Shown: positions 20,113 to 33,273 of the stretch, in pieces
How the letters are laid out: every line of letters begins with the position of its first letter
Position numbering within the stretch: position 1 is the stretch's first letter
Assembly (NCBI RefSeq): GCF_035194505.1
Contig: NZ_CP136573.1
Coordinates: 2,894,587-2,958,586, forward strand
Length of the DNA stretch: 64,000 nucleotides
Reading direction: 5' to 3'
Source of the DNA: Erythrobacter sp.
GTDB lineage: Bacteria > Pseudomonadota > Alphaproteobacteria > Sphingomonadales > Sphingomonadaceae
Notes under the pieces: model-generated
What the model was told of the DNA's origin: nothing
What the model saw: only the letters and a program-made list of their open reading frames with translations
Databases searched by the model: none
Translations under genes and position numbers: made by a program

Positions 20113-20889
20113 TTAGAGGAAGGGTTCCTCGCCCGGCTTGTGGATGCCGCATTCGGTCTTGTCCCAACCCTTCCAGCGGCCCGAGCGCGGGTCTTCGCCA
20201 GGCAGCACTTGGCTCGTGCAGGGCGAGCAGCCGATCGAGGGATAGCCCTGTGCGATCAGCGGATGGCGCGGCAGATCGTGCTGGATGAAGTATCCTTCGA
20301 TCTGGCTCGCATCCCAATCGATCAGCGGATTGATCTTGAGCCGCCCCTGCGCGTCCGAGGTGTCCACTTCAAAGCGCGGCAGATTGGCGCGGGTCGCGGC
20401 CTGAAACGCCTTCCTGCCGGTGAAGCTCGCATCATAGGCGGCGAGCACCTTTTCCAGCGGGCGAACCTTCCTGATCTCGCAGCAGCCATCGGGATCGTAG
20501 GACCAGCGAAGGCCAGTCTCGTCCTTCTTGGCAAGGTCTACCGGATCGGGGGTCAGCACCACCAGATCGAGGCCCAGCCGCGCCACCAGTTCGTCGCGAT
20601 AGGCCAACGTTTCGGCAAAATGCTTGCCCGTGTCGAGAAACAGCACCGGCACCGCCGGATCGACGCTGGCGACGAGGTGCAGCAGCACCGCGCTCTCCGC
20701 GCCGAAGCTGGAGACGACCGCGAGATCCCCCGCGAGATTGTCGCGGATCACCGCCTCCAGCATCTCCTGCGTCGAGGAGCCGCGGAACATGCGGTTGAGG
20801 CGCACCGCATCATGCTCGGTAAAGCGCGGGGCGAGGTCGAGCGCGTCGCGGGTGCGATCGCTGCCGGAGAGCGAGAGCTCAGGCTTCAT
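20113..20889 (-). CDS. cysH: Assimilatory (phospho)adenylyl-sulfate reductase; the Fe-S Cys motifs suggest the APS-reductase type
   Basis: C-terminal KTECGIH, plus the cysteine pairs DGCCEIRKV and SIGCSPCT. The start at ATG 20889 (MKPELS...) is preferred over track start 21051, which lies inside the upstream gene. Confidence 0.85.
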   Translation of the reverse strand: MKPELSLSGSDRTRDALDLAPRFTEHDAVRLNRMFRGSSTQEMLEAVIRDNLAGDLAVVSSFGAESAVLLHLVASVDPAVPVLFLDTGKHFAETLAYRDELVARLGLDLVVLTPDPVDLAKKDETGLRWSYDPDGCCEIRKVRPLEKVLAAYDASFTGRKAFQAATRANLPRFEVDTSDAQGRLKINPLIDWDASQIEGYFIQHDLPRHPLIAQGYPSIGCSPCTSQVLPGEDPRSGRWKGWDKTECGIHKPGEEPFL

Positions 20890-21334
20890 GGCGCTTGTCC
20901 GCGATGGTGGCCCTGCGATCGGCGGCGCGCTGGTAGACATTCTCCCAGGTCGCAAAGGCGCGGGCCGCGTCTGCCTCGTCGAGCCGCTTGTCCGGGGCGA
21001 AGCTGTCAAACCCGCAGCGGCGCATGTGCGAGAGCTGGTCGATGAGCACATCGCCGACCGCGCGCAATTCGCCGGTGTAGCCTGCCTCGCGCAGGATCCG
21101 GGCGGCGGAATAGCCGCGTCCGTCGCCGAACACGGGAAAGTTCACCTCCACCAGCGCCAGCCGGTCAAGGAAGGGCAGCAGCAGGCGCGCATCATCGCCA
21201 GGCTCGATCCGCACGGCTGTGGCGTTGGTCTGGTCGCAGCAGGAATCGACCGTGACGGCGGCATGATCGACCGGCTCGTCATCGCGGAAGCGGAACTGTA
21301 CCTCGTCGGGGCTGGTGCCCAGATCACTGCCCAT
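20879..21334 (-). CDS. DUF934-family protein (sulfite-reduction associated, function unknown)
   Basis: 151-aa ORF between cysI and cysH, overlapping both by 11 nt. Its sequence pattern (FPVFGDGRGYSAARILRE) resembles the DUF934 proteins usually found in this position. Confidence 0.7.
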   Translation of the reverse strand: MGSDLGTSPDEVQFRFRDDEPVDHAAVTVDSCCDQTNATAVRIEPGDDARLLLPFLDRLALVEVNFPVFGDGRGYSAARILREAGYTGELRAVGDVLIDQLSHMRRCGFDSFAPDKRLDEADAARAFATWENVYQRAADRRATIADKRHEA

Positions 21335-22994
21335 AAAGCGCCTCCTTGAACGGCTCCATGCCGATGCGGCGATAGGTATCGAGGAAGCGCTCGCCGTCGG
21401 CGCGCTGGGCGAGATAGACGTCGGTGACTGTCTCGACTGCGGCGATCACGCCGTCCTCGTCGAAGCCGGGGCCGGTGATCTTGGCGAGGCTGACGTCCTC
21501 GGCCTCCGATCCGCCGAGCGAGAGCTGGTAGTTCTCCACCCCCTTCTTGTCGACGCCAAGGATGCCGATGTGGCCCGCATGGTGGTGACCGCAGGCATTG
21601 ATGCAGCCGGAGATCTTGAGCTTCAACTCGCCGACCACTTCGGTCCGGCCGGCCTGCGCGAACCGTTCCGAAATGCGCTGGGCGAGCGGGATCGAGCGGG
21701 CGTTGGCGAGGCTGCAGTAATCAAGGCCCGGGCAGGCGATGATGTCCTCGATCGTGTCCATGTTGGGCGCGCCAAGGCCTGCGGCGTCGAGCGCGCTCCA
21801 AACTGCGTGCAGATCGGCGATGCGGACATGGGGCAGCAGCAGGTTCTGCGTGTGCATCACGCGCAGTTCGTCGAAGGAGTATTCCTTCGCCAGCCGGGCG
21901 ACGACGCGCATCTGCTCGGCCGTGGCATCGCCCGGAATGCCGCCGGCGGGCTTCAGGCTGATGACCGCCGAGACGTAGGCATCATGCTTGTGGCGATGGG
22001 TGTTGCGGCGGACCCATTGGCCAAACGCGCTGCCATGACCGCCGTTCGCCTCGAGCGTAGTCGAGAGGCGCTGCTCGAAGGGTGTCTCGACTTCGCTCGA
22101 CACGAACGGTGGGTCGGAGAAGAATTCCGCAATCCGCGCCAGTTCCTCGCGCGGCGGTTCGACGCCGACGCCCAGCAGGTGGGTGAACTCCTCTTCGACC
22201 TGACGGGTGTATTCCGCCGCGCCCAGCTCGTGGACGAGGATCTTGATGCGCGCCTTGTACTTGTTGTCGCGCCGGCCGTAGCGGTTGTAGACCCTAAGGC
22301 ACGCCTCGGCATAGGTGATGAAGTGATCGAGCGGCACGAAGTCGCGGATCAGCGGCGCGATCATGGGTGTGCGGCCCATCCCGCCACCGGCATAGAATTG
22401 CGCGCCCAGCTCACCGTCACGCTTGATGATGCGCACGCCGATATCGTGCAGCCGCATCGCCGCGCGGTCCTTCTCGCTGGCGATCACCGCGATCTTGAAC
22501 TTGCGCGGCAGGTAGGTGAACTCCGGATGGAAGCTCGACCACTGGCGCATCAGCTCGGCATAGGGGCGGGGATCGACCACCTCGTCGGCGGAAGCGCCCG
22601 CGAAGTGATCGGACGAGATATTGCGGATGCAGTTCCCGCTGGTCTGGATCGCGTGCATCTCGACCGTCGCCAGATCGGCGAGAATGTCGGCAGCATCTTC
22701 CAGCTTGATCCAGTTGTACTGGAGGTTCTGGCGGGTGGTGAAGTGGCCGTAGCCGCGGTCATACTTCTCCGCGATGTCGGCGAGCATCGCCATCTGGCGG
22801 CTGTCGAGCGTGCCATAGGGGATCGCGACGCGCAGCATATAGGCGTGCAATTGCAGGTAGAGCCCGTTCATTAGCCGCAAGGGCTTGAACTGGTCCTCGC
22901 TCAGCGAGCCATCGAGACGGCGGCGGGCCTGATCGCGGATTTCTGCGACGCGGGCATCGACCATCGCCTGATCGTATGAATCATAACGGTACAT
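21324..22994 (-). CDS. cysI: Sulfite reductase hemoprotein (siroheme/4Fe-4S, nitrite/sulfite reductase family)
   Basis: 556 aa with cluster/siroheme cysteine motifs CPGLDYCSLANA and SGCINACGHHH. Sits in a cys operon context. Confidence 0.9.
   Translation of the reverse strand: MYRYDSYDQAMVDARVAEIRDQARRRLDGSLSEDQFKPLRLMNGLYLQLHAYMLRVAIPYGTLDSRQMAMLADIAEKYDRGYGHFTTRQNLQYNWIKLEDAADILADLATVEMHAIQTSGNCIRNISSDHFAGASADEVVDPRPYAELMRQWSSFHPEFTYLPRKFKIAVIASEKDRAAMRLHDIGVRIIKRDGELGAQFYAGGGMGRTPMIAPLIRDFVPLDHFITYAEACLRVYNRYGRRDNKYKARIKILVHELGAAEYTRQVEEEFTHLLGVGVEPPREELARIAEFFSDPPFVSSEVETPFEQRLSTTLEANGGHGSAFGQWVRRNTHRHKHDAYVSAVISLKPAGGIPGDATAEQMRVVARLAKEYSFDELRVMHTQNLLLPHVRIADLHAVWSALDAAGLGAPNMDTIEDIIACPGLDYCSLANARSIPLAQRISERFAQAGRTEVVGELKLKISGCINACGHHHAGHIGILGVDKKGVENYQLSLGGSEAEDVSLAKITGPGFDEDGVIAAVETVTDVYLAQRADGERFLDTYRRIGMEPFKEALYGQ
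22042..22109. repeat. REP/MITE-like palindromic element embedded in frame in cysI
   Basis: The left arm CCGTTCGCCTCGAGCGTAGTCGAGAGG and the right arm GGTGTCTCGACTTCGCTCGACACGAACGG are mutually complementary. The right arm is 29/29 identical to intergenic 16921-16949. The element is translated as PFVSSEVETPFEQRLSTTLEANG. Confidence 0.65.
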
Positions 22995-22995
22995 A

Positions 22996-23295
22996 TCAGA
23001 TCACCCAGTCCCAGCCGGTCTTGTCGGCAATGCCCACGGCGAGATCGCGGCGGACGGTCGGCCCCAATGCGCGCACGCGGTCCTTGATGTGTGCGGGGCG
23101 GACATGGCCGCTCGCGTCAATGCTTGCCTCGATGGCGTAGGGCACATTGACCCGGCGCGCGGCCTGTTCGCGGGCGAGGATCACCTCGGCCTCGTCGCCC
23201 ACGTCTACGGCATCGTCGACGAACAGCGACCAGCCCTTGCCGGTCCACCACGTGACAGCACCCGAGCGCAGATCATTGCCAGTGAGGATTTTCAT
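22996..23295 (-). CDS. DUF2849-family protein (sulfite-reduction associated, function unknown)
   Basis: 99 aa from ATG 23295 (MKILTGNDLRSGAVTWW...). It lies between cobA and cysI, and its start overlaps the cobA stop by 4 nt. Confidence 0.7.
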   Translation of the reverse strand: MKILTGNDLRSGAVTWWTGKGWSLFVDDAVDVGDEAEVILAREQAARRVNVPYAIEASIDASGHVRPAHIKDRVRALGPTVRRDLAVGIADKTGWDWVI

Positions 23296-24050
23296 TCTGC
23301 ACTCTCCTGCGCGAGCGCGGCTACGGTGATGTCGTCCCGCGCGGTCACTTCGCCGATGACGATGAGCGCGGGGCTCTGCACGGCTTCCGCCTCGACCAGA
23401 TCGGGGAGCCCCGCGAGCAGCCCGCGCAGCACCCGCATTTCGGGGCGCGCGGCGTTCTCGATCACGGCGATCGCCATGTCGGGAGCAAGGCCATCGGCCA
23501 TCAGCTTGTCGGCAATTGCGCCCGCGGTGGAGACGCCCATGTAGATCACCAGAGTGCGGCCCTTGCCCGCCAATCCCGACCAGTCCTGTTCGGACAGGCC
23601 CTTGCACTGGCCCGCGACGAAGCTGACGATGCTGGAGGCTTCGCGGTGTGTGAGCGCGATCTGCGCCGCCGCCGCTGCGCCATTGGCGGCGGAAATGCCG
23701 GGGACGACTTCCACCGGCACACCAGCCGCGCGTGCAGCCTCGGCTTCCTCGCCGCCGCGCCCGAAGATGAAGGGATCGCCGCCCTTCAATCGCACCACAT
23801 CGCGCCCCGCCAGCGCCTCGCGCACCAGCAGCGCGTTGATGCCGTCTTGCGGCAGGGTGTGGCGGGCGCGCTGTTTGGCGACCGAGATCAGCCGCGCATC
23901 AGTGCGCGCAAGGCCGAGGATATCGGGGCCGATCAGCCCGTCATGGACGATCACTTCGGCCCGCTCGATCAGGCGGGCGGCGCGCAGGGTGAGGAGGTCC
24001 ACCGGACCCGGCCCTGCGCCGACGAGATAGATGGTGCCGGTCTTTCGCAT
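23292..24050 (-). CDS. cobA: Uroporphyrinogen-III C-methyltransferase (SUMT, siroheme branch)
   Basis: 252 aa with the tetrapyrrole methylase motifs IYLVGAGPGPVDLLTLRA and VVRLKGGDPFIFGRGGEE. Confidence 0.9.
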   Translation of the reverse strand: MRKTGTIYLVGAGPGPVDLLTLRAARLIERAEVIVHDGLIGPDILGLARTDARLISVAKQRARHTLPQDGINALLVREALAGRDVVRLKGGDPFIFGRGGEEAEAARAAGVPVEVVPGISAANGAAAAAQIALTHREASSIVSFVAGQCKGLSEQDWSGLAGKGRTLVIYMGVSTAGAIADKLMADGLAPDMAIAVIENAARPEMRVLRGLLAGLPDLVEAEAVQSPALIVIGEVTARDDITVAALAQESAE

Positions 24051-24116
24051 GGCAGGCAGATGGGCGAGCGCGCGGCAAGCTGCCAGCGAGAATGGTTTGG
24101 CAGTAGAGTAGCGGAA

Positions 24117-25301
24117 CTATACCCGCGCCAGCGCTTGCCCCAGATCCCCGATCAGATCCTGCGCATCCTCCAGCCCGATCGACAGGCGGATCGCGGGCTT
24201 GCCGCCGGTGCCGGCCATGCAGCTGCGATAATCCTCCGGCGTGATGGCGAGGGCGAGGCTTTCATAGCCGCCCCAGCTGTAACCGATCCCGAACAGCTCC
24301 AGTGCGTCCACCACCCGGGCCGAGGCGGCCGGGTCATCGCTCGCCAGCACGAAGGCGAACAATCCGCAGCCGCCGGTAAAATCGCGTTTCCACAGCGCAT
24401 GGCCGGGATCGGAGGGCAGCATCGGACACATCACGCGCGCCACCTGCGGCTGGGTTTCCAGCCATTCGGCAATGGCGAGCGCGCTCTTCGTCTGCGCTTC
24501 CAGCCGGATGCCCATGGTGCGCAGGCCCCTCGCGGCGAGCGCGGCGTCATCGGGCGAGACCACCTGTCCCAGTTCCTGCGCGGTGCGGCGCAGCGCGGTG
24601 TACCAGCGCTTGCCCGCGCTCGCGCTGCCCATCATCAGGTCCGAATGGCCGCCGACATGCTTCGACAGGCTCATCATCACGATGTCGCAGCCATGCGCGA
24701 GGCCGGCAAAGCCGAGCGGGCTGGCCCAGGTATTGTCGAGGATGCTCACTGCGCCCGCCGCGCGCGCGGCAGCAGCGAGGGCAGGCACATCGCACATCTC
24801 GAAGGTGAGGCTGCCCGGCGCCTCCAGCCACACGGCCTTGGCGCCCTCCACCAGAGTTGCAAAGCCTGTGAGATCGCGCGGATCGAAGAATGCCGTCTCC
24901 ACCCCCAGCCGCGCGAGCAGGCCGGTCGCCATGCTGCGGGTGGGATCATAGGCATTGTCCGACATCAGCAGTCGGTCGCCCGGCTTGAGCACCGCAAGCA
25001 TCGCGCCCGCAATCGCCGCCACGCCGCTGGGATAGAGCACCGTGCCATGTGCGCCCTGTTCCAGCGCGGTCAGGGCATCGGCCAGCGCCCACTGGGTCGG
25101 CGCGCCGCGGCGGCCATAGAAGAACTGGCCATCATTATTGTGCTTGCCCGCCTCGCGCCGTTCGGCGTCGCTGGCATAGAGGTGGGTCGAGGCGCGCCAC
25201 ACCGGCGGATTGACCACCGGGCCGGTCCATTCCGGACGCCGTCCGCCGCGCACCACGCGGGTGGCGGGCCTGCGAGAGCTGTCGTCCCCGCCGCCGCTCA
25301 T
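24117..25301 (-). CDS. metC: Cystathionine beta-lyase (PLP-dependent Cys/Met metabolism family)
   Basis: PLP-lysine motif [15 protein letters not shown] 25301 overlaps the sseA stop (ATGA); track start 25346 lies inside sseA. Confidence 0.85.
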   Translation of the reverse strand: MSGGGDDSSRRPATRVVRGGRRPEWTGPVVNPPVWRASTHLYASDAERREAGKHNNDGQFFYGRRGAPTQWALADALTALEQGAHGTVLYPSGVAAIAGAMLAVLKPGDRLLMSDNAYDPTRSMATGLLARLGVETAFFDPRDLTGFATLVEGAKAVWLEAPGSLTFEMCDVPALAAAARAAGAVSILDNTWASPLGFAGLAHGCDIVMMSLSKHVGGHSDLMMGSASAGKRWYTALRRTAQELGQVVSPDDAALAARGLRTMGIRLEAQTKSALAIAEWLETQPQVARVMCPMLPSDPGHALWKRDFTGGCGLFAFVLASDDPAASARVVDALELFGIGYSWGGYESLALAITPEDYRSCMAGTGGKPAIRLSIGLEDAQDLIGDLGQALARV

Positions 25302-26155
25302 GCGTCTGGCCCTTGCGCTTTGGGCGTGGCGGGGTCTGCACCCCATTCGCTCCAGCTGCCATCATAGAGCGCGGTATCGTCCTTGCCGACGAGGTGCAGG
25401 GCAAACAGCACCACGCTCGCCGTAACCCCGCTGCCGCAGGTGGTGGTGACGGGGCGCGTCAGGTCGATCCCCGCCGCTGCGAAAGCGGCCCGCAAGGCAT
25501 CGGGCGATTTGTAGGTGCCGTCGGCGTTGAAGAGATCGGTATAGGGCAGATTGCCGCTGCCCGGGATGCGGCCCATCGGCAGGCCGTTGACCGGATCGGT
25601 GCCGGTGCCGAACACCCGCTCGGCTGCGCGCGCGTCGATCACCTGTTCGGCGCCGCTCGCGAGATTGGCGAGCATGGCGGCCTTGCTGCGCACCCGTGCG
25701 GGCGCGGTGAAGCGGGCAGGGGTGGCAGGCGCGATATCGGCGGCGGAGCTGTCCACCGGATGGCCGTCGGCGCGCCATTTCGCCAGCCCGCCATCGAGGA
25801 TCGCGACATTCCCGCGCCCGCTCGCCGTGAGCACGAACCACGCCCGTGCGGAGGTGCGGATCGCGCTGTCGTCATAGAGCACGATCGCATCATCCGGCCC
25901 GACCCCGAGGCCCGCAAGCCGCTCGGCAATCTGATCGGGGGTCGGGAAGGCATAGGGCACGGAGGAACCTGCATCGAACAGGCTCGCTACGGCCAGAAAC
26001 CGCGCCCCGGGAATATGTCCGGCGGCGAATTCGGCAGCGGCGTCGCGGTTGGCGGCGGGCAGGTGGTAGGAGGCATCGAGCACGACCAGACCGGGCGCGC
26101 CCAGCCGGGCTGCCAGCCAGTCGCTCGAAACGAGGCTCGGGACAGGTGTCGTCAT
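25298..26155 (-). CDS. sseA: 3-mercaptopyruvate sulfurtransferase (tandem rhodanese)
   Basis: 285 aa from ATG 26155 ([14 protein letters not shown]...). The active-site loop CGSGVTA is typical of MST-type rhodaneses. Confidence 0.85.
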   Translation of the reverse strand: MTTPVPSLVSSDWLAARLGAPGLVVLDASYHLPAANRDAAAEFAAGHIPGARFLAVASLFDAGSSVPYAFPTPDQIAERLAGLGVGPDDAIVLYDDSAIRTSARAWFVLTASGRGNVAILDGGLAKWRADGHPVDSSAADIAPATPARFTAPARVRSKAAMLANLASGAEQVIDARAAERVFGTGTDPVNGLPMGRIPGSGNLPYTDLFNADGTYKSPDALRAAFAAAGIDLTRPVTTTCGSGVTASVVLFALHLVGKDDTALYDGSWSEWGADPATPKAQGPDA

Positions 26156-26248
26156 GGCGCAAGGCCTAGCGCGACTGGGGCCGCGCGCCAAGCGCTGCGA
26201 CCAGTTCCCGGCTTGCGCCCGGACACGGATCGGGGCAATTGCGCGGCC

Positions 26249-26722
26249 ATGACCAGCACCACTCCGCCCCCCGCCGGCACCCCGCAGTTTCTCGGCCGCG
26301 ACACGCCGCTTCCCGCATCGCCTGAAGAGGCGGTGCTCGACTACGTGCCCAATCCGCGTCCGGGCCTCACCTATATGGTGCGCTTCGTCAGCCCGGAGTT
26401 CACCTCGCTGTGTCCGGTGACAAATCAGCCCGATTTTGCCCATCTGGTGATCGATTACGTGCCGGGCGAGACGATTGTGGAGAGCAAGAGCCTCAAGCTG
26501 TTTTTGGGATCCTTCCGCAATCACAACGGCTTCCATGAGGATGTGACCGTGGGCATCGGGGTGCGCCTGTTTACGGAAATGCGCCCGCAATGGCTGCGGA
26601 TCGGCGGCTACTGGTATCCGCGCGGCGGCATCCCGATCGATGTGTTCTGGCAGTCCGGTCCGCCTCCGGCCGATCTGTGGCTGCCCGACCAGGGCGTGCC
26701 CGGATATCGCGGCAGGGGCTGA
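26249..26722 (+). CDS. queF: NADPH-dependent 7-cyano-7-deazaguanine (preQ0) reductase, unimodular type
   Basis: 157 aa from ATG 26249. Catalytic Cys context [11 protein letters not shown] and the QueF motif [15 protein letters not shown]. Confidence 0.9.
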   Translation: MTSTTPPPAGTPQFLGRDTPLPASPEEAVLDYVPNPRPGLTYMVRFVSPEFTSLCPVTNQPDFAHLVIDYVPGETIVESKSLKLFLGSFRNHNGFHEDVTVGIGVRLFTEMRPQWLRIGGYWYPRGGIPIDVFWQSGPPPADLWLPDQGVPGYRGRG

Positions 26723-26743
26723 TTCCAGACCCGGTTTGGGTGG

Positions 26744-26776
26744 CAGTTGACCCCCAGTTGACCCCGAGATGACCCC
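26744..26776. repeat. Three tandem ~11-bp direct repeats (CAGTTGACCCC / CAGTTGACCCC / GAGATGACCCC)
   Basis: Read directly at 26744-26754, 26755-26765 and 26766-26776, in the queF/PAS convergent gap, 12 nt from the parS half-site. Confidence 0.6.
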
Positions 26777-26787
26777 GTTCGGCGCGC

Positions 26788-26813
26788 TGTTTCACGATGT
26801 TTCACGTGAAACA
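26788..26813. promoter_or_regulatory. Perfect consensus parS (TGTTTCACGTGAAACA) preceded by an abutting duplicated half-site
   Basis: 26798-26813 is a perfect 16-bp palindrome that matches the chromosomal ParB/Spo0J site consensus TGTTNCACGTGAAACA. 26788-26797 (TGTTTCACGA) repeats the left half. The palindrome produces the mirror-image MFHVKH pseudo-ORFs on both strands. Confidence 0.7.
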
Positions 26814-26852
26814 TTCGGGCCCTTGGGGCGCGTTTTTCGGCGGGTCAGATGC

Positions 26853-27338
26853 TCAGATCAAGCTGGACGAAGGCCGGCGAGGTCTTGTGCGCCTCGCGCC
26901 ACTTGGCGAGCGGGAAGGCCCCTGCGCCCAGCGCCGCCAGCGGATGGTCGGTTCGCTGCCGCGCTTGTTGGTCGCGCCGACCCCGACGACGTGCTCCTCG
27001 ATCTTCGAGCGGGCCTTGAGCTTGAAGCCGATCGCCCGCTGGACGGGCGCGCCGGGTTCGGGCTCGACATCGCTGAACACCTGCGACAGCGGACGGCCGA
27101 TCAGCTCCCCGCCATCGCTGCCCAGATCATCAAGTGCACGCTGCGAGAGGAAGGTGAGGTGGCCTTCGGCGTCGGTGGCCCAGAACATGCCGATCCCGAG
27201 CTCTTCGACATCGCTGAGGATGTCGGTCCGGACCGGCGCGCAGTGGGACTGGTCACGCCCCTTGCCACCCGCGTGCCGCGCGGATCTGGCGGCTTTGCCC
27301 GCGTGCTCCTTACTCGATTTCAGAAAGCCCAACGGCAT
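26853..27338 (-). CDS. Small stand-alone PAS-domain protein, possibly frameshifted or truncated at the 3' end
   Basis: GAGGA lies 6 nt upstream of ATG 27338. PAS core is GMFWATDAEGHLTFLSQRALDDLGSDGGELIGRPLSQVF. Downstream of about 26920 the third-position G/C bias is stronger in the +1 frame (...AFPLAKWREAHKTSPAFVQLDLSI, stop 26845-26847). Confidence 0.5.
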   Translation of the reverse strand: MPLGFLKSSKEHAGKAARSARHAGGKGRDQSHCAPVRTDILSDVEELGIGMFWATDAEGHLTFLSQRALDDLGSDGGELIGRPLSQVFSDVEPEPGAPVQRAIGFKLKARSKIEEHVVGVGATNKRGSEPTIRWRRWAQGPSRSPSGARRTRPRRPSSSLI

Positions 27339-27476
27339 CGACTGTCCTCATCCGCAAACCGGTGCGCGACCCATTGCTCCGGTTCGGGCCAAGCGGCGTT
27401 TGCCGGGTTGGCCCATGGTTAATCGGATGACGCCTAACCCAAGGCGATTGAGAAAGGGTTACGCTGGGTCTCGCGC

Positions 27477-27493
27477 GGTGCAATTTCTGCACC
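27477..27493. promoter_or_regulatory. Inverted repeat GGTGCA-N5-TGCACC in the PAS/pcs divergent region (candidate operator)
   Basis: Perfect 6-bp arms read directly. There is no functional evidence. Confidence 0.2.
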
Positions 27494-27563
27494 ATGTGTG
27501 CGATTGGCTGGAACATTGCGGATAGAGGCGCGTTATCGGCTCGCAAGGTCTGGCGGAACGTTA

Positions 27564-27592
27564 TTGCCCGGGGGCTAATCGCAGCGTAATAA
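27564..27592 (+). promoter_or_regulatory. Candidate sigma-70-type promoter of the pcs-mcr-accA operon
   Basis: TTGCCC, a 17-nt spacer, then TAATAA, within a locally AT-rich patch about 70 nt upstream of ATG 27661. This is pattern match only. Confidence 0.25.
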
Positions 27593-27660
27593 TTTTGCAT
27601 TGCCGCTTCGTGCCCAGGGATCAGCTCTGGCGGCCTGCAGATCATCTGAGGGAAGCGGAA

Positions 27661-33168
<5,508 letters not shown>

Positions 33169-33273
33169 TCCGCGCGTTGCGCATTTTGAAACGTTCTTAG
33201 CTCTCCTCCCCAGGGTTTGAACGAAACACAAAGCGAAGCACGGCTTCGCGGTAATTCTGTGAGGAGAGAGCTT

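Noticed and set aside
26608-27525. ORFs starting MFHVKH on both strands (26608-26814 minus and 26797-27525 plus).
   Set aside because: They are mirror-image artefacts generated by the parS palindrome (ATGTTTCACGTGAAACAT) and have no coding character beyond it.
27595-27660. N-terminal extensions of pcs (TTG 27595) and mcr (TTG 33217) given by the ORF track.
   Set aside because: The downstream ATGs at 27661 and 33274 are each preceded by strong purine-rich SD sequences at the proper spacing. The extensions have poor third-position GC bias.
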